Assembly (NCBI GenBank): GCA_965215605.1
Contig: OZ244070.1
Coordinates: 1,056,001 to 1,120,000 of the forward strand
Length of the DNA: 64,000 nt
Origin: an uncultured Candidatus Binatia bacterium
GTDB taxonomy: Bacteria; Desulfobacterota; Binatia; UBA9968; JAJDTQ01
Direction: 5' to 3'
Each line of letters starts with the position of its first letter. The first letter of the stretch is position 1. This document shows, piece by piece, positions 1 to 10,017 of the stretch. The notes below the pieces were generated by a model. It was not told the DNA's origin. It worked only from the letters and a program-made list of their open reading frames with translations, and made no database searches. The position numbers and the translations under genes were made by a program.

Positions 1-121
1 GGAGATCGGAGCCGCTGATTTCATAGCCCAGGTTCAACAGCACCTCCGCGATGCCGCTCATGCCCACGCCGCCGATGCCGACGAAGTGCACCCGATGGCG
101 TCTCTCGAAGGGCGCCGTCAT
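1..121 (-). CDS. murC: UDP-N-acetylmuramate--L-alanine ligase, 5' part (runs off window start)
   Basis: Manual translation [40 protein letters not shown] matches the MurC N-terminus; ATG overlaps the murG stop (ATGA). Confidence 0.93.
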   Translation of the reverse strand, partial: MTAPFERRHRVHFVGIGGVGMSGIAEVLLNLGYEISGSDL

Positions 122-1191
122 GACCACTCCGGGACGAGGGCATGACACTCGTCCACGATTCGCTCGGCCGCATCCCCGCGGCCGAGAGCCGCCGCGGCCC
201 GGCCCATGGCCGCCCGCCGCGCGGGGTCTCCATGGAGCGCGCGGAGGGTTTCGGCCAGCCCCGCGGGCGTCAACTCCGGCTCCGCGATCATTTCAGCGGC
301 GCCGGCCTGCTGGAGGGCCAGCGCGTTGAGCCGTTGATGGTCGTGGGCGGCGTACGGGTACGGCACCAGCACCGACGGCTTACCGAAGACGGCGAGCTCC
401 GCGAGGGTGGAGGCGCCGGCCCGGCAGATCACCAGATCGGCCGAGGCGTAGGCCTTGTCCATGCGGTCGATGAAGGGCAGCACCTCCGCTTCGCACGGCA
501 GCGGGTCGTAGCCCTTCCTCACCGACTCCTCGTCGGCGCGTCCGGTCTGGTGCGTCACCCGAAAGCCGGCCGCCGCCTCGCCGAGGTGCGCCAATGCGGC
601 GAGCGCCACCTCGTTGATACGGCGGGCGCCGGCACTGCCGCCAAAGATCAGAAGATGGAAGCGCTCCTCCCGGTCCACCTCGGGCAGCGTCCGCCAACGC
701 ACGGGGGTGCCGGTCAACACCACCTTGGCCCGGGGAAAATACTCGAGGCTCTCGCGGAAGCTGGTGAAGATCCGGTCCACCAGCCGTCCCAGAATACGGT
801 TGGTGAAGCCCGGGCGCAGGTTCTGCTCCAGGATCGCGCAGCGAATGCGCCGCGACGCCCCCGCCAGCAGCAGCGGTCCGGACGCGTATCCGCCGAGGCC
901 GATGATGCACTGGGGATCGAAGCCCCGGATGATGGCCCGGGAGCGCCACAGGCTCACGGGGATGCCGTAGAGTCCTTCCAACAGTCCCCTCAGGCCCCGT
1001 CCCTTGAGGCCCCGTATCGGCAACAGTTCGATGGGAAACTCCGTCTCCGGAACGACCCGGCTCTCGATGCCCGAAGAGCTGCCGACGAAAAGTATGCGCA
1101 TCTCGCGGTTCCGCCGGCGAAACTCCCGCGCCACCGCGAGGCCGGGAAAGAGATGACCGCCTGTGCCGCCGCCGGCCACGATCAGCCTCAT
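118..1191 (-). CDS. murG: Undecaprenyl-PP-MurNAc-pentapeptide GlcNAc transferase
   Basis: Starts [16 protein letters not shown]; [18 protein letters not shown] and HQRLNA motifs; C-terminal part of ORF 118..2331. Confidence 0.96.
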   Translation of the reverse strand: MRLIVAGGGTGGHLFPGLAVAREFRRRNREMRILFVGSSSGIESRVVPETEFPIELLPIRGLKGRGLRGLLEGLYGIPVSLWRSRAIIRGFDPQCIIGLGGYASGPLLLAGASRRIRCAILEQNLRPGFTNRILGRLVDRIFTSFRESLEYFPRAKVVLTGTPVRWRTLPEVDREERFHLLIFGGSAGARRINEVALAALAHLGEAAAGFRVTHQTGRADEESVRKGYDPLPCEAEVLPFIDRMDKAYASADLVICRAGASTLAELAVFGKPSVLVPYPYAAHDHQRLNALALQQAGAAEMIAEPELTPAGLAETLRALHGDPARRAAMGRAAAALGRGDAAERIVDECHALVPEWS

Positions 1192-2288
1192 TCCCGTGCC
1201 CTCCGCCAGGACACGCTCAGGAGCATACCCGCCACCGTCAGGTGCGCCACCATGGCGGAGCCGCCGTAGCTGACGAACGGCAGCACCAAACCCTTGGTCG
1301 GCACCAGGCCCATGACCACGCTCATGTGCACCAGCGCCTGGAGCGCCAGGAGCATGGTGAGGCCGAACACCAGGAGCCGCGTGAAGGGGTCTTCGCTGTC
1401 CATGGCGAGCCGCAAGCCGCGAAAGAGCAGGATGCCGAAGAGCCCCAGGACCAGCAGCGCGCCCCACAGCCCCAACTCCTCGCCGATCACCGAGTAGATG
1501 AAATCCGTGTGCGCCTCCGGGAGATAGAGCAGCTTCTGCCGGCTCTGCCCCAAACCTCGGCCCCAGAGCTGCCCGGAGCCGAAGGCGATGAAGGACTGAA
1601 TGATCTGAAAGCCGCTGTCGGCGGAGTCGCTCCAAGGGTCCATGAAGGCCAGCAGCCGCTTCACGCGGTAGTCCGCGGACAGGATGAAGAACGCTCCCGC
1701 CGGCAGGGCCGCCAACCCCACGGCGGCGATGTGCCGGACCCGCCCCCCGGCCACGAACAGCATGGCCAAGGTGATGACGGCCAGAATGAACGCCGAGCCG
1801 AAGTCCGGCTCCGCCAGCAGCAGGCCCACGAACACCCCCGCCACCAGCAGCGGCGGGAGCATGTCGTGGACGAACCGTTCCAGCCGGCCGATCTTTCTGG
1901 AGAGGCTGTACGCAAGGTAGAGCACGAAGGTGACCTTGGCGACCTCCGACGGCTGGAAGACGAACGGAGGCACGCCCAGCCAGCGATGGGCGCCGCCGCG
2001 GGAGACGCCTATGCCGGGGATCAGCACCAGCACCATGGCGATGAGGGTTACCACCAGCAGCGGCCCGGTGAGACGGCGGTAGGCCGACGGCGGCAGCAGC
2101 ACGGCCACGGAAAGTCCCAGCAGGCCGAGGCCGACGGCGACAAGCTGTTTGCGAAAGAGGTAGGTGCCGTCGCCGAAGCGTTCCTGGGAGAAGAGGTAGC
2201 TGGTATTCAGCACCATGGTGATGCCGATGGCGAGCAGCACCGCCAGGCTCAGCAGCATCCAGCGGTCCATGTTGCGTATCTCGCTCAT
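1188..2288 (-). CDS. ftsW: Peptidoglycan glycosyltransferase FtsW (SEDS family)
   Basis: Multi-TM protein with QPSEVAK, EPDFGS, LPEAHTDFI and LPFVSYGGS motifs; start MSEIRNMDRW overlaps the murD stop. Confidence 0.95.
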   Translation of the reverse strand: MSEIRNMDRWMLLSLAVLLAIGITMVLNTSYLFSQERFGDGTYLFRKQLVAVGLGLLGLSVAVLLPPSAYRRLTGPLLVVTLIAMVLVLIPGIGVSRGGAHRWLGVPPFVFQPSEVAKVTFVLYLAYSLSRKIGRLERFVHDMLPPLLVAGVFVGLLLAEPDFGSAFILAVITLAMLFVAGGRVRHIAAVGLAALPAGAFFILSADYRVKRLLAFMDPWSDSADSGFQIIQSFIAFGSGQLWGRGLGQSRQKLLYLPEAHTDFIYSVIGEELGLWGALLVLGLFGILLFRGLRLAMDSEDPFTRLLVFGLTMLLALQALVHMSVVMGLVPTKGLVLPFVSYGGSAMVAHLTVAGMLLSVSWRRARE

Positions 2289-3619
2289 AGAGCCTGCACC
2301 AGCTCCTTGAACATGCGGCCTCGCTCGGCATAGTCCTCGAACATGTCGAAGCTCGAGCACGCCGGCGACAACAACACGACGTCTCCGCGCCGGGCCGCGG
2401 TCCGGGCCTGCCGCACCGCCTCGCGGTAGTCCTTCACCACCACGGTGTCCGCGCACGCGCCCAGCTCCTCTTTCATGAGCTCCCGCGCCGCGCCCAGCAG
2501 GATCAGCTTCCGGACCCGCTCCCGCACCAGCGGCTCCAGGACCCGGTAACTGCCGCCCTTGTGGACGCCGCCGGCGATGAGCACCACGGGCTCGTCGAAG
2601 CTCGCCAGGGACTTCCGGACGGCGCCCACATTGGTGCCCTTGGAGTCGTTGTAATAGCGGACGCCGTCCAGCTCGCGCACGAACTCGAGCCGGTGCTCGA
2701 TGCCCGGGAACCGCCCCGCCGCCTTCCGGATGGGGCGCGCGCCGACGCCCACGGCCTTGGCCGCGCAGACGGCGGCCATGACGTTCTCGACGTTGTGGAC
2801 CCCGCGCAGCCGGACGGCGCGGAGCGGAAAGCGCTCTTCGGCTCCTTCGCCGCGCCAGACGATGTCGTCCGCGGCCACGAAGGCGCCCGGCCCCGCCTCC
2901 TCCCAACCGAAAGAGACCACCCGGGAGCTGAGCCCGGCGCGCAACCCCCATACCCACGGGTCGTCCCGGTTCAGCACCGCGACGTCGCCGGCACGTTGGG
3001 CCGCGAAGATCCTGGCCTTGGCGGCGCCATAACTCGAGAGCCCGTCGTAGCGGTCCAGATGGTCCTCGCTGAGGTTCAGCAACAGCGCCACCCGGGGACG
3101 GAAATCCCGCACCCACTCGAGCTGAAAGCTGCTCACCTCCACCACCCCCCAGTCCCAGTCGCCGTCCACGTACTCGATGAGCGGGCTGCCGATGTTGCCC
3201 GCCGCGAAGGTGCGCAGTCCGGCCGCCTCGAGGATCCCGGCCAGCAGCCGGGTGGTGGTGGTCTTCCCGTTGGTGCCGGTAACCGCCACCATGGGCGTGC
3301 TGCTGAAACGCGCCGCCAGCTCGATCTCGCTCAGCACCTCGATGCCTCGCCGGACGGAGTCCGCCAGCAATGGATTGTCTCGTGGCACGCCCGGGCTGGG
3401 GACCACCGCATCCACGCCGTCGAGCCAGCCCGGTTGCTCCGGCCCGAAATGACAGGCGGCCGAAAGCCGCGACAGCTCGCCCCGGGCCGGTCCCATCCGG
3501 TCTTCGTCGCGGGCGTCGACGGCCACCACGCGGGCGCCGCGGGCGGCGAGAAACCGCGCCACGGCCAGTCCCGTGCGGGCCAGCCCCAGCACCATGATCC
3601 TTTTGCCCTCGAGTTCCAC
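2285..3619 (-). CDS. murD: UDP-N-acetylmuramoyl-L-alanine--D-glutamate ligase
   Basis: GLARTG, GTNGKTTT, DHLDRY, NDSKGTN and LLSPACSSFD motifs; GTG start inferred because the upstream ORF extension runs through a REP element. Confidence 0.95.
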   Translation of the reverse strand: MELEGKRIMVLGLARTGLAVARFLAARGARVVAVDARDEDRMGPARGELSRLSAACHFGPEQPGWLDGVDAVVPSPGVPRDNPLLADSVRRGIEVLSEIELAARFSSTPMVAVTGTNGKTTTTRLLAGILEAAGLRTFAAGNIGSPLIEYVDGDWDWGVVEVSSFQLEWVRDFRPRVALLLNLSEDHLDRYDGLSSYGAAKARIFAAQRAGDVAVLNRDDPWVWGLRAGLSSRVVSFGWEEAGPGAFVAADDIVWRGEGAEERFPLRAVRLRGVHNVENVMAAVCAAKAVGVGARPIRKAAGRFPGIEHRLEFVRELDGVRYYNDSKGTNVGAVRKSLASFDEPVVLIAGGVHKGGSYRVLEPLVRERVRKLILLGAARELMKEELGACADTVVVKDYREAVRQARTAARRGDVVLLSPACSSFDMFEDYAERGRMFKELVQAL

Positions 3620-3653
3620 CGGTTTCCCGTCTGGTCCTTCTCCCCGCGGATGC

Positions 3654-3678
3654 GGGCGGGTTTGAAACCCGCCCCTAC
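3654..3678 (-). repeat. GTAG-type REP-like palindrome
   Basis: Minus strand GTAG-GGGCGGGTTTCAAACCCGCCC: GTAG foot plus hairpin, between mraY and murD. Confidence 0.7.
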
Positions 3679-3715
3679 AAGTCGTCGCGCGTGTCGCGAT
3701 CACCTCCGCAAACCC

Positions 3716-4792
3716 TCACCGCAGCTTCAGCGTGCTCAACGCGACCAGCGCGCAGATGATCGATATGATCCAGAACCGCACGATGATCTGCGGCTCCGGC
3801 CAACCCTTGAGCTCATAGTGGTGATGGATCGGCGCCATGCGGAACACGCGTTTGCCACGCAGCTTGAACGACGCCACCTGGACGATCACCGACACCGCCT
3901 CCACCACGAAGACGCCGCCCACCACCACCAGCAGAATCTCGTTCTTGCTGATGACCGCGACGATCCCCAGTGCGGCCCCCAGCCCCAGACTGCCGACGTC
4001 GCCCATGAAGATCTGGGCCGGATAGGTGTTGAACCAGAGAAAACCCAGCCCCGCGGCCGCCACCGCCGCGCAGAACACCGTCAACTCGCCCACCCGCGAC
4101 ACGTAGGGGATCTGCAGGTACTCGGCGAACTTCACGTGGCCCGCGAGGTACACGATCAGGGCGTACGCGGCCGCCGCGGTCATCACCGGACCGATGGCAA
4201 GACCGTCCAGCCCATCGGTCAGGTTCACCGCATTGGAGGCGCCCACCACCACCAGCACCGCGAAGGGGATGTACCAGAGCCCGAAGTCCGGCTGGACGTT
4301 CTTGAGGAAGGGAACCGCGACGGTGCTGCTGAAGTCCGGCTGCATCACCAGCACCACGGCGGCAATGGCGGCCACCGCCGTCTGCGGCGCCAGCTTGCTC
4401 CACATCTTCAGGCCGTGGCTGCTCTGGCGCCGGACCTTGAGGCAGTCGTCGATGAAACCGATGGCCGCGAACCCCACGGTTACGGCCAGGGCCACGAGCA
4501 CGTACACGTTGGTGACGTCCCCCACCAGCACCGTGGACAGCACCAGCGACAGCACGATCAGGGTCCCTCCCATGGTGGGGGTGCCGGCCTTGACGGCGTG
4601 GCGGTCCGGACCGTCGTCCCGAATGGGCTGTCCGATCTGCGACTCCCTGAACGACCGGATCAGGTAGGGGCCGATGATGAACGAGAGCAGCAGCGTCACC
4701 AGCGCCGCCAGGGCGGCGCGGAACGTGATGTAGCGGAACACGTTGAAGACCGGAAACGTGGCGTGCAGCGGGAACAACAACAGATACAGCAC
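3716..4792 (-). CDS. mraY: Phospho-N-acetylmuramoyl-pentapeptide transferase
   Basis: KAGTPTMGG, SNAVNLTDGLDGLA, FMGDVGS and MAPIHHHYE motifs. Confidence 0.97.
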   Translation of the reverse strand: MLYLLLFPLHATFPVFNVFRYITFRAALAALVTLLLSFIIGPYLIRSFRESQIGQPIRDDGPDRHAVKAGTPTMGGTLIVLSLVLSTVLVGDVTNVYVLVALAVTVGFAAIGFIDDCLKVRRQSSHGLKMWSKLAPQTAVAAIAAVVLVMQPDFSSTVAVPFLKNVQPDFGLWYIPFAVLVVVGASNAVNLTDGLDGLAIGPVMTAAAAYALIVYLAGHVKFAEYLQIPYVSRVGELTVFCAAVAAAGLGFLWFNTYPAQIFMGDVGSLGLGAALGIVAVISKNEILLVVVGGVFVVEAVSVIVQVASFKLRGKRVFRMAPIHHHYELKGWPEPQIIVRFWIISIICALVALSTLKLR

Positions 4793-4796
4793 CGCG

Positions 4797-6194
4797 TTAC
4801 GCTCCTTCGTCCTTCATGGCCGCCAGCACCTTCTCCATGGCGGCGCCGCGGGAACCCTTGACCAGGATCCAGTCGCCCTTGCGGAGATCGGCCCGCAACG
4901 CCGACCCGAGCGTCCGGTGGCCGCGCGCCACCCTGACGGCGCTTCTGGCCATGCCGGCCTCCAGCGCCCCCTGCCGGACGTCCCGGGCGAAATGGCCCAG
5001 GACGTAGAGCGCATCCAGGCCGCAACCGGCCGCGGCCGCCCCGGCTCCACGATGGCAGGCGGCCTCGTCCGCGCCCATTTCCAGCATGTCTCCCAGCACG
5101 GCGATCCTGCGCCCCCGGCCGGGAATCGCCTTCAGCGCCGCCAGCGCCGCTTCCATGGACGCGGGGTTGGCGTTGTAGGCGTCGTTGATGATGCCGACGC
5201 CGGCCCAGCGTTCCACCTGCATGCGCATGGGCACCGGCCGGACCGCCTCGAGACCCTGCCGGATCGCCGCCGCGTCCGCTCCGAAGGCGTACGCCATGGC
5301 CGCGGCCCCCACCGCGTTGCCGACGTTGTGGGCGCCGCACAGGCGCAACCGGACCGGCTGCCGCGAGCGGCCCACCCGCAGGTTGAACCGCAGCCGGCCG
5401 CCGGCGAGCATCTCCGCATCTTCGCCGCGGACGAAACCGCCGGCACCGTAGGTCACCACGCGGCCCGTGAAGCGCCGGCTCTGGCGCACCACGCGGCTGT
5501 CGTCCAGATTCACCACGGCCGTGCCCCGTGGGTTCAATCCCCGGAAGATCGCGCCCTTCTCCCGCGCCACCCCGGCGAGGGTTCCCAGGCCCGACAGGTG
5601 GGCCGGAGCCACCGAGGTGATGAGGGCCACGTCCGGATCGGCGATGGCCGTGAGACGGCGGATCTCTCCCGGCCGGTTGGTGCCGAGCTCCACCACGGCC
5701 GCGCGTTGGCTGCCGCGAAGACGGAGCAACGTCAAGGGCAAGCCCACCAGGTTGTTGTAGTTGCCCTCGGTCTTGAGCACCTTGCCGCGCAACGGACCAT
5801 CGACCGTGCGCGCGCGTTGCAGAATGGAGAAGAGCATTTCCTTGGTGGTGGTCTTCCCGTTGGAGCCGGTCACGGCCAGCACCCGTGGCGCCAGCTTCCG
5901 CCGGTGAAAGCTCGCGATGTCGCCGAGGGCGCGCAAGGAGTCGCGTACGCGAATGACCGACGCGCCGTTGGCGCCGTCCACATGCCGCTCCACCACCAGA
6001 CACGTGCCGCCTCGGCGCACGGCCTCGGGCACGAATGCATGCCCGTCCCGCGAATCCCCGCGGAGCGCCACGAACACGCCGTTCTTCTCCACTTGGCGCG
6101 AATCCGTGCTGATGTCCCTGAATCCGCTCACGGCACCTCGTTGAACAATGGTCCCTCTGGCGGCCCGCGCCAGCTCTTCAAGGTCCCACTCCAT
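4797..6194 (-). CDS. murF: UDP-MurNAc-tripeptide--D-Ala-D-Ala ligase
   Basis: TGSNGKTTTKE, NYNNLVG, DAYNANP, LGDMLEMG and VKGSRG motifs. Confidence 0.96.
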   Translation of the reverse strand: MEWDLEELARAARGTIVQRGAVSGFRDISTDSRQVEKNGVFVALRGDSRDGHAFVPEAVRRGGTCLVVERHVDGANGASVIRVRDSLRALGDIASFHRRKLAPRVLAVTGSNGKTTTKEMLFSILQRARTVDGPLRGKVLKTEGNYNNLVGLPLTLLRLRGSQRAAVVELGTNRPGEIRRLTAIADPDVALITSVAPAHLSGLGTLAGVAREKGAIFRGLNPRGTAVVNLDDSRVVRQSRRFTGRVVTYGAGGFVRGEDAEMLAGGRLRFNLRVGRSRQPVRLRLCGAHNVGNAVGAAAMAYAFGADAAAIRQGLEAVRPVPMRMQVERWAGVGIINDAYNANPASMEAALAALKAIPGRGRRIAVLGDMLEMGADEAACHRGAGAAAAGCGLDALYVLGHFARDVRQGALEAGMARSAVRVARGHRTLGSALRADLRKGDWILVKGSRGAAMEKVLAAMKDEGA

Positions 6195-6215
6195 GGCCGC
6201 TTCACCCGCCTGTCC

Positions 6216-7745
6216 CTAAGCGCCCGAAACGCCGGCTTCTTCCCGCAACACCTGCCGGTCGTCGAAATGCAGCCGCCGGTCTCCCTGGATCTGGTAGTCC
6301 TCGTGACCCTTGCCCGCCACCAGCACGACGTCGCCCGGGGATGCCAGCGAGATGCCCAGGCGAATGGCGCGCCGGCGGTCGGGCTCGACCCGATATCCGG
6401 CCTGCCCGGCGGCGTCTCCCTCCTGGAGCCGTCTCATGCCACGCCGGCGCACCCCCGCTTCGATGTCGCGAATGATCGCCATGGGCTCCTCGCCGCGGGG
6501 GTTGTCGGAGGTCAACACGACGCAGTCGCTGGCCGATGCGGCGAGCTCGCCCATGACCGGACGCTTGCCCGCGTCCCGGTCGCCGCCGCAACCGAACACG
6601 GTGATCAACCTCGTCCGAGTCAGGAGCCGCAGGGTGCGGATGGCCTTGGCCAGCGCATCCGGCGTATGGGCGTAGTCCACCACCAGGGTCACGTCCAGAT
6701 CGTTGGGGACCGGCTCGAGCCGCCCCGGCACCCGGTGGAGCCGGGCGATGCCGTCCGCGATGGTGCTCGGGTCGAGCCCGAGCGCCCAGGCCGTTCCCGC
6801 GGCCGCCAGGATGTTCTCGAGGTTCACCTCGCCGATGAGGCCCGACTCGAACTCGATTCGCCGCGGTCCGCACGCGAGGGTCCCTCTCAAGCCGCCGAGG
6901 CCGCTTTCCACGTCCAGCGGATGAATGTCCCAACCCGGCGAACTCCCGTAGGTCAGCGTCACCAAGCCGGCCTCCTCCGCCAAACGGCTCAATTCGCGGC
7001 CCCGAGGATCGTCCGCGTTGATGACGGCCACCCGCCGGTCCTTGGCGCCGGCCGGCAGGCAATCCGTGAACAGCCGGGCCTTGCTGAGAAAGTAGCTTTC
7101 CATGTCGCGGTGATAGTCCAGGTGGTCCCGCGAGAGATTGGTGAACACCGCGGCGTCGAAGTCCAGTCCGTCAACCCGGTGCAGGTCCAGGGCGTGGGAG
7201 GACACCTCCATGGCCACGTACCTCACCTCCGCGCGCAGCATGTCGGACAGGAGTTCCTCGATGTCGATGGACTCGGGCGTGGTCAGGGGCGAAGGGCGCT
7301 GGCATCCGGCGTAGCGTTGGCTGATGGTGCCGATCACGCCGCACCGATCACTGCCGCCGCCGAGGATCGCCTCGAGCAGATACGTGACCGTGGTCTTGCC
7401 GTTGGTGCCGGTGACCCCCACCAGCACCAGGCCGCGGCTCGGATGTCCATGGAACACCGCCGCCGCCCGGGCCATGGCCCGGCGCGTGTCGGACACCCGC
7501 ACGCAGGCGGCTTGCGGCGGCACCGCGACCGGCCGCTGGAGCACCACCGCGGCGGCGCCCCGGGTCACCGCATCCTCGACGAAATCATGCCCGTCTGCGA
7601 GCTGCCCGGAGAGGGCGAAGAAGACGTAGCCGTCCCGGACCCGGCGCGAGTCGCACGCGAGTCCCTGGACGGGGCGGTCCATGGACCCCTTCTCGTCCCG
7701 GATGTCCGGCGTATGAAGCAGCTCCCGGAGCAGCATCGAGGTCAT
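6216..7745 (-). CDS. murE: UDP-MurNAc-L-Ala-D-Glu--meso-DAP ligase
   Basis: GTNGKTT, DYAHTPD, GCGGDRD, DNPR (meso-DAP specificity) and GKGHE motifs. Confidence 0.96.
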   Translation of the reverse strand: MTSMLLRELLHTPDIRDEKGSMDRPVQGLACDSRRVRDGYVFFALSGQLADGHDFVEDAVTRGAAAVVLQRPVAVPPQAACVRVSDTRRAMARAAAVFHGHPSRGLVLVGVTGTNGKTTVTYLLEAILGGGSDRCGVIGTISQRYAGCQRPSPLTTPESIDIEELLSDMLRAEVRYVAMEVSSHALDLHRVDGLDFDAAVFTNLSRDHLDYHRDMESYFLSKARLFTDCLPAGAKDRRVAVINADDPRGRELSRLAEEAGLVTLTYGSSPGWDIHPLDVESGLGGLRGTLACGPRRIEFESGLIGEVNLENILAAAGTAWALGLDPSTIADGIARLHRVPGRLEPVPNDLDVTLVVDYAHTPDALAKAIRTLRLLTRTRLITVFGCGGDRDAGKRPVMGELAASASDCVVLTSDNPRGEEPMAIIRDIEAGVRRRGMRRLQEGDAAGQAGYRVEPDRRRAIRLGISLASPGDVVLVAGKGHEDYQIQGDRRLHFDDRQVLREEAGVSGA

Positions 7746-9694
7746 TCCTTCAACGTCAGGACCAGCCGGCCGCCGGCGCCATCGACGCGCTGGTTCACCA
7801 CATAGCCATGGCCGCGGAGGACCACCGAGAGCTTGTGTTTCTTGGCCTCGGCCACGGCCTCGCGCATGCTCAATCCGACGAGATCCGGCCGGCTGCCGGG
7901 CCGGGCCGCCCCGCGGTTCCGCGCCGCGGTCCGGGACACCCGGATGACGCCGCCACCCCGGCCCGGATCGAGTGCCGGCAGCAGCCGCCGGCTGGGCGTC
8001 GCTCCCAGGGCATGCAGGGCGGGTCCGGCGATGCGGCGGAACAGGGGCGCCGCCACCACGCCGCCGTACACGTTGACCGTGGGCTCGTCCACCAGGGTCA
8101 GGAGAACGAAGCGCGGCTCGTCCGCGGGCACGAAACCGACGAAGGAGGCCACCCGCTTGGTCTTCGAGTAGCCGCCCTTGACGTTGTCGGCCTTCTGGGA
8201 GGTGCCGGTCTTGCCGGCCGCCTCGAACCCCGTCAGGGCAGCCCGCGTGCCGGTGCCGCCTTCCGCCACGACACCCTTCAGAATCCCCGCCACCGTGCGC
8301 GCGGTGGCCCGGGAAGCCACCCGCCGCACCATCTCCGGCCTGCGCTCCAGCACCACCCTGCCGTTCTCTTCCGTCACCCGCTCCACCACGTAGGGCTTCA
8401 TCAGCAGGCCGCCGTTGGCGATGGCGGAGTACGCCATGACCATCTGCAGAGGGGTCACGGAAACGGACTGGCCGAAGGAGGTTGCCGCCAGATCGATGTC
8501 GTACCAGGTATGGGGCGGCCGCACGTTGCCGGGCACCTCTCCAGGAAGATCGACGTTGGTCTTTTCGCCGAAGCCGAAGCGCCGGATGTAACGGTGATAG
8601 CGGTCTCTGCCGAGCTTGTGCGCCACCTTGGTCACGCCGATGTTGCTGGAAAGCTGGAGCACCTTGGCGAAGGACAGCCAGCCGTATTCCTTGAAGTCGT
8701 GGACAAACCGCCCGCCGTACCGGTAGCGGCCGAACTCGCAGAAGATCAGGTCCTCACGGCCCACCACGCCCTCTTCCAGGGCGGCCGCGGCCAGCACCGC
8801 CTTGAAGACCGAGCCGGGCTCGTAGGTGTCGGTAACGGCGCGGATGCGCCAGCGGTTCCGGTCCTGGGAGCGGAACTGGTTGGGGTCGAAGAACGGGTAG
8901 CTGGCCAAGGCCAGGATCGCACCCGTGAACGGATCCGCCATCACCACCGTGCCGCCCTTGGCGCGGAACCGCTTGACGGTGGCCTCCAGGTGCTTCTCGG
9001 CCAGATGCTGCAGTGCCGTGTCCAGGGTCAGATGGACGTTGGCCCCGGGCTGGATCTTGTGATCGTCCAGACCCATCACCAGCACGTGCCGGCCCAGCGC
9101 ATCCCGCTCCACCACCGACGAGCCGGGCTCGCCGCGGATGTGGCGGTCGTAGCTGCGCTCGACTCCTTCCAGCCCCTGGGCGTCCCGCCCCACCAGGCCC
9201 AGGGTCTGGCCGGCCAGATGGCCCTTGGGATAGTAGCGCCGGGTCTCGTGGTACAGCCCGATCCCTTCCGCCCTCAGGGCCTTGATCCGTTTGGCTTCAC
9301 GCGGCGTCACCTGGCGCTTGAGCCACACGAAGGGCGCCTTGGACGCGAACCGGCGGCTCACCTCCCGGGGCTTCATGCCCAGGGCGCGGGCGACCTTCGG
9401 CGCGGTCTCCTCGGGAGAGCGCAGCCGACGCGGCCTCACGTAGACCGACTGGGCATCGAGGCTGATGGCCAGCGGATCGCCGTTGCGGCTCAGGATGGAG
9501 CCGCGCTTCGGCACGAAGCTCGCTTCCTGAAGGTGCTGCCGCTCGCCCAGCCGCGCCAGCCGCTCGCCGTCGAAGGCCTGGAGCTGAACGGCCCGGGCCG
9601 CCACCGCCGACAGCAGCGCCAGGAGCAGGCCGCCGGTCAGCCGCAGCCGGAATCGCAGTCTGGCGGAAGAGTCCTGTCCCGTCTTCTTGTTCAC
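7742..9694 (-). CDS. ftsI: Class B penicillin-binding protein (PBP3) with C-terminal PASTA-like segment
   Basis: N-terminal TM; SVFK (SxxK), SSN (SxN) and KTG motifs; dcw position. Confidence 0.93.
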   Translation of the reverse strand: MNKKTGQDSSARLRFRLRLTGGLLLALLSAVAARAVQLQAFDGERLARLGERQHLQEASFVPKRGSILSRNGDPLAISLDAQSVYVRPRRLRSPEETAPKVARALGMKPREVSRRFASKAPFVWLKRQVTPREAKRIKALRAEGIGLYHETRRYYPKGHLAGQTLGLVGRDAQGLEGVERSYDRHIRGEPGSSVVERDALGRHVLVMGLDDHKIQPGANVHLTLDTALQHLAEKHLEATVKRFRAKGGTVVMADPFTGAILALASYPFFDPNQFRSQDRNRWRIRAVTDTYEPGSVFKAVLAAAALEEGVVGREDLIFCEFGRYRYGGRFVHDFKEYGWLSFAKVLQLSSNIGVTKVAHKLGRDRYHRYIRRFGFGEKTNVDLPGEVPGNVRPPHTWYDIDLAATSFGQSVSVTPLQMVMAYSAIANGGLLMKPYVVERVTEENGRVVLERRPEMVRRVASRATARTVAGILKGVVAEGGTGTRAALTGFEAAGKTGTSQKADNVKGGYSKTKRVASFVGFVPADEPRFVLLTLVDEPTVNVYGGVVAAPLFRRIAGPALHALGATPSRRLLPALDPGRGGGVIRVSRTAARNRGAARPGSRPDLVGLSMREAVAEAKKHKLSVVLRGHGYVVNQRVDGAGGRLVLTLKE

Positions 9695-10017
9695 GGCAAC
9701 AACACCACCTGTTCAGCCCGGGGATCCCTGAGCCCCAGACGCTTCCGCGCCATGGCCTCGACGCGCTCGCGCGCGGTCAGGGTGGCCAGCTCGACCCGCA
9801 ACTCGCGATTCTCCTGCTCCAGCCGGCGCTCCAGCTTGGAGGTCGTGGAAAGCACGTAACCCAGTTGCACCACTCGCAGACGCTGCCACACCAGCAGCAG
9901 GGCCAACGCCACCAGGAAACAGCTCAGAGCCACCGGAAAGAACACGTTGCGGCGAGGGTCCGCCGGCCCGGTGTCCACCGGGTCCTGCCGGCCGAGAACC
10001 CGCCCCCGTATACTCAT
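9691..10017 (-). CDS. ftsL: Cell division protein FtsL
   Basis: Short protein with a single TM then a coiled coil (ENRELRVELATL...ARKRLGL), between rsmH and ftsI. Confidence 0.85.
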   Translation of the reverse strand: MSIRGRVLGRQDPVDTGPADPRRNVFFPVALSCFLVALALLLVWQRLRVVQLGYVLSTTSKLERRLEQENRELRVELATLTARERVEAMARKRLGLRDPRAEQVVLLP

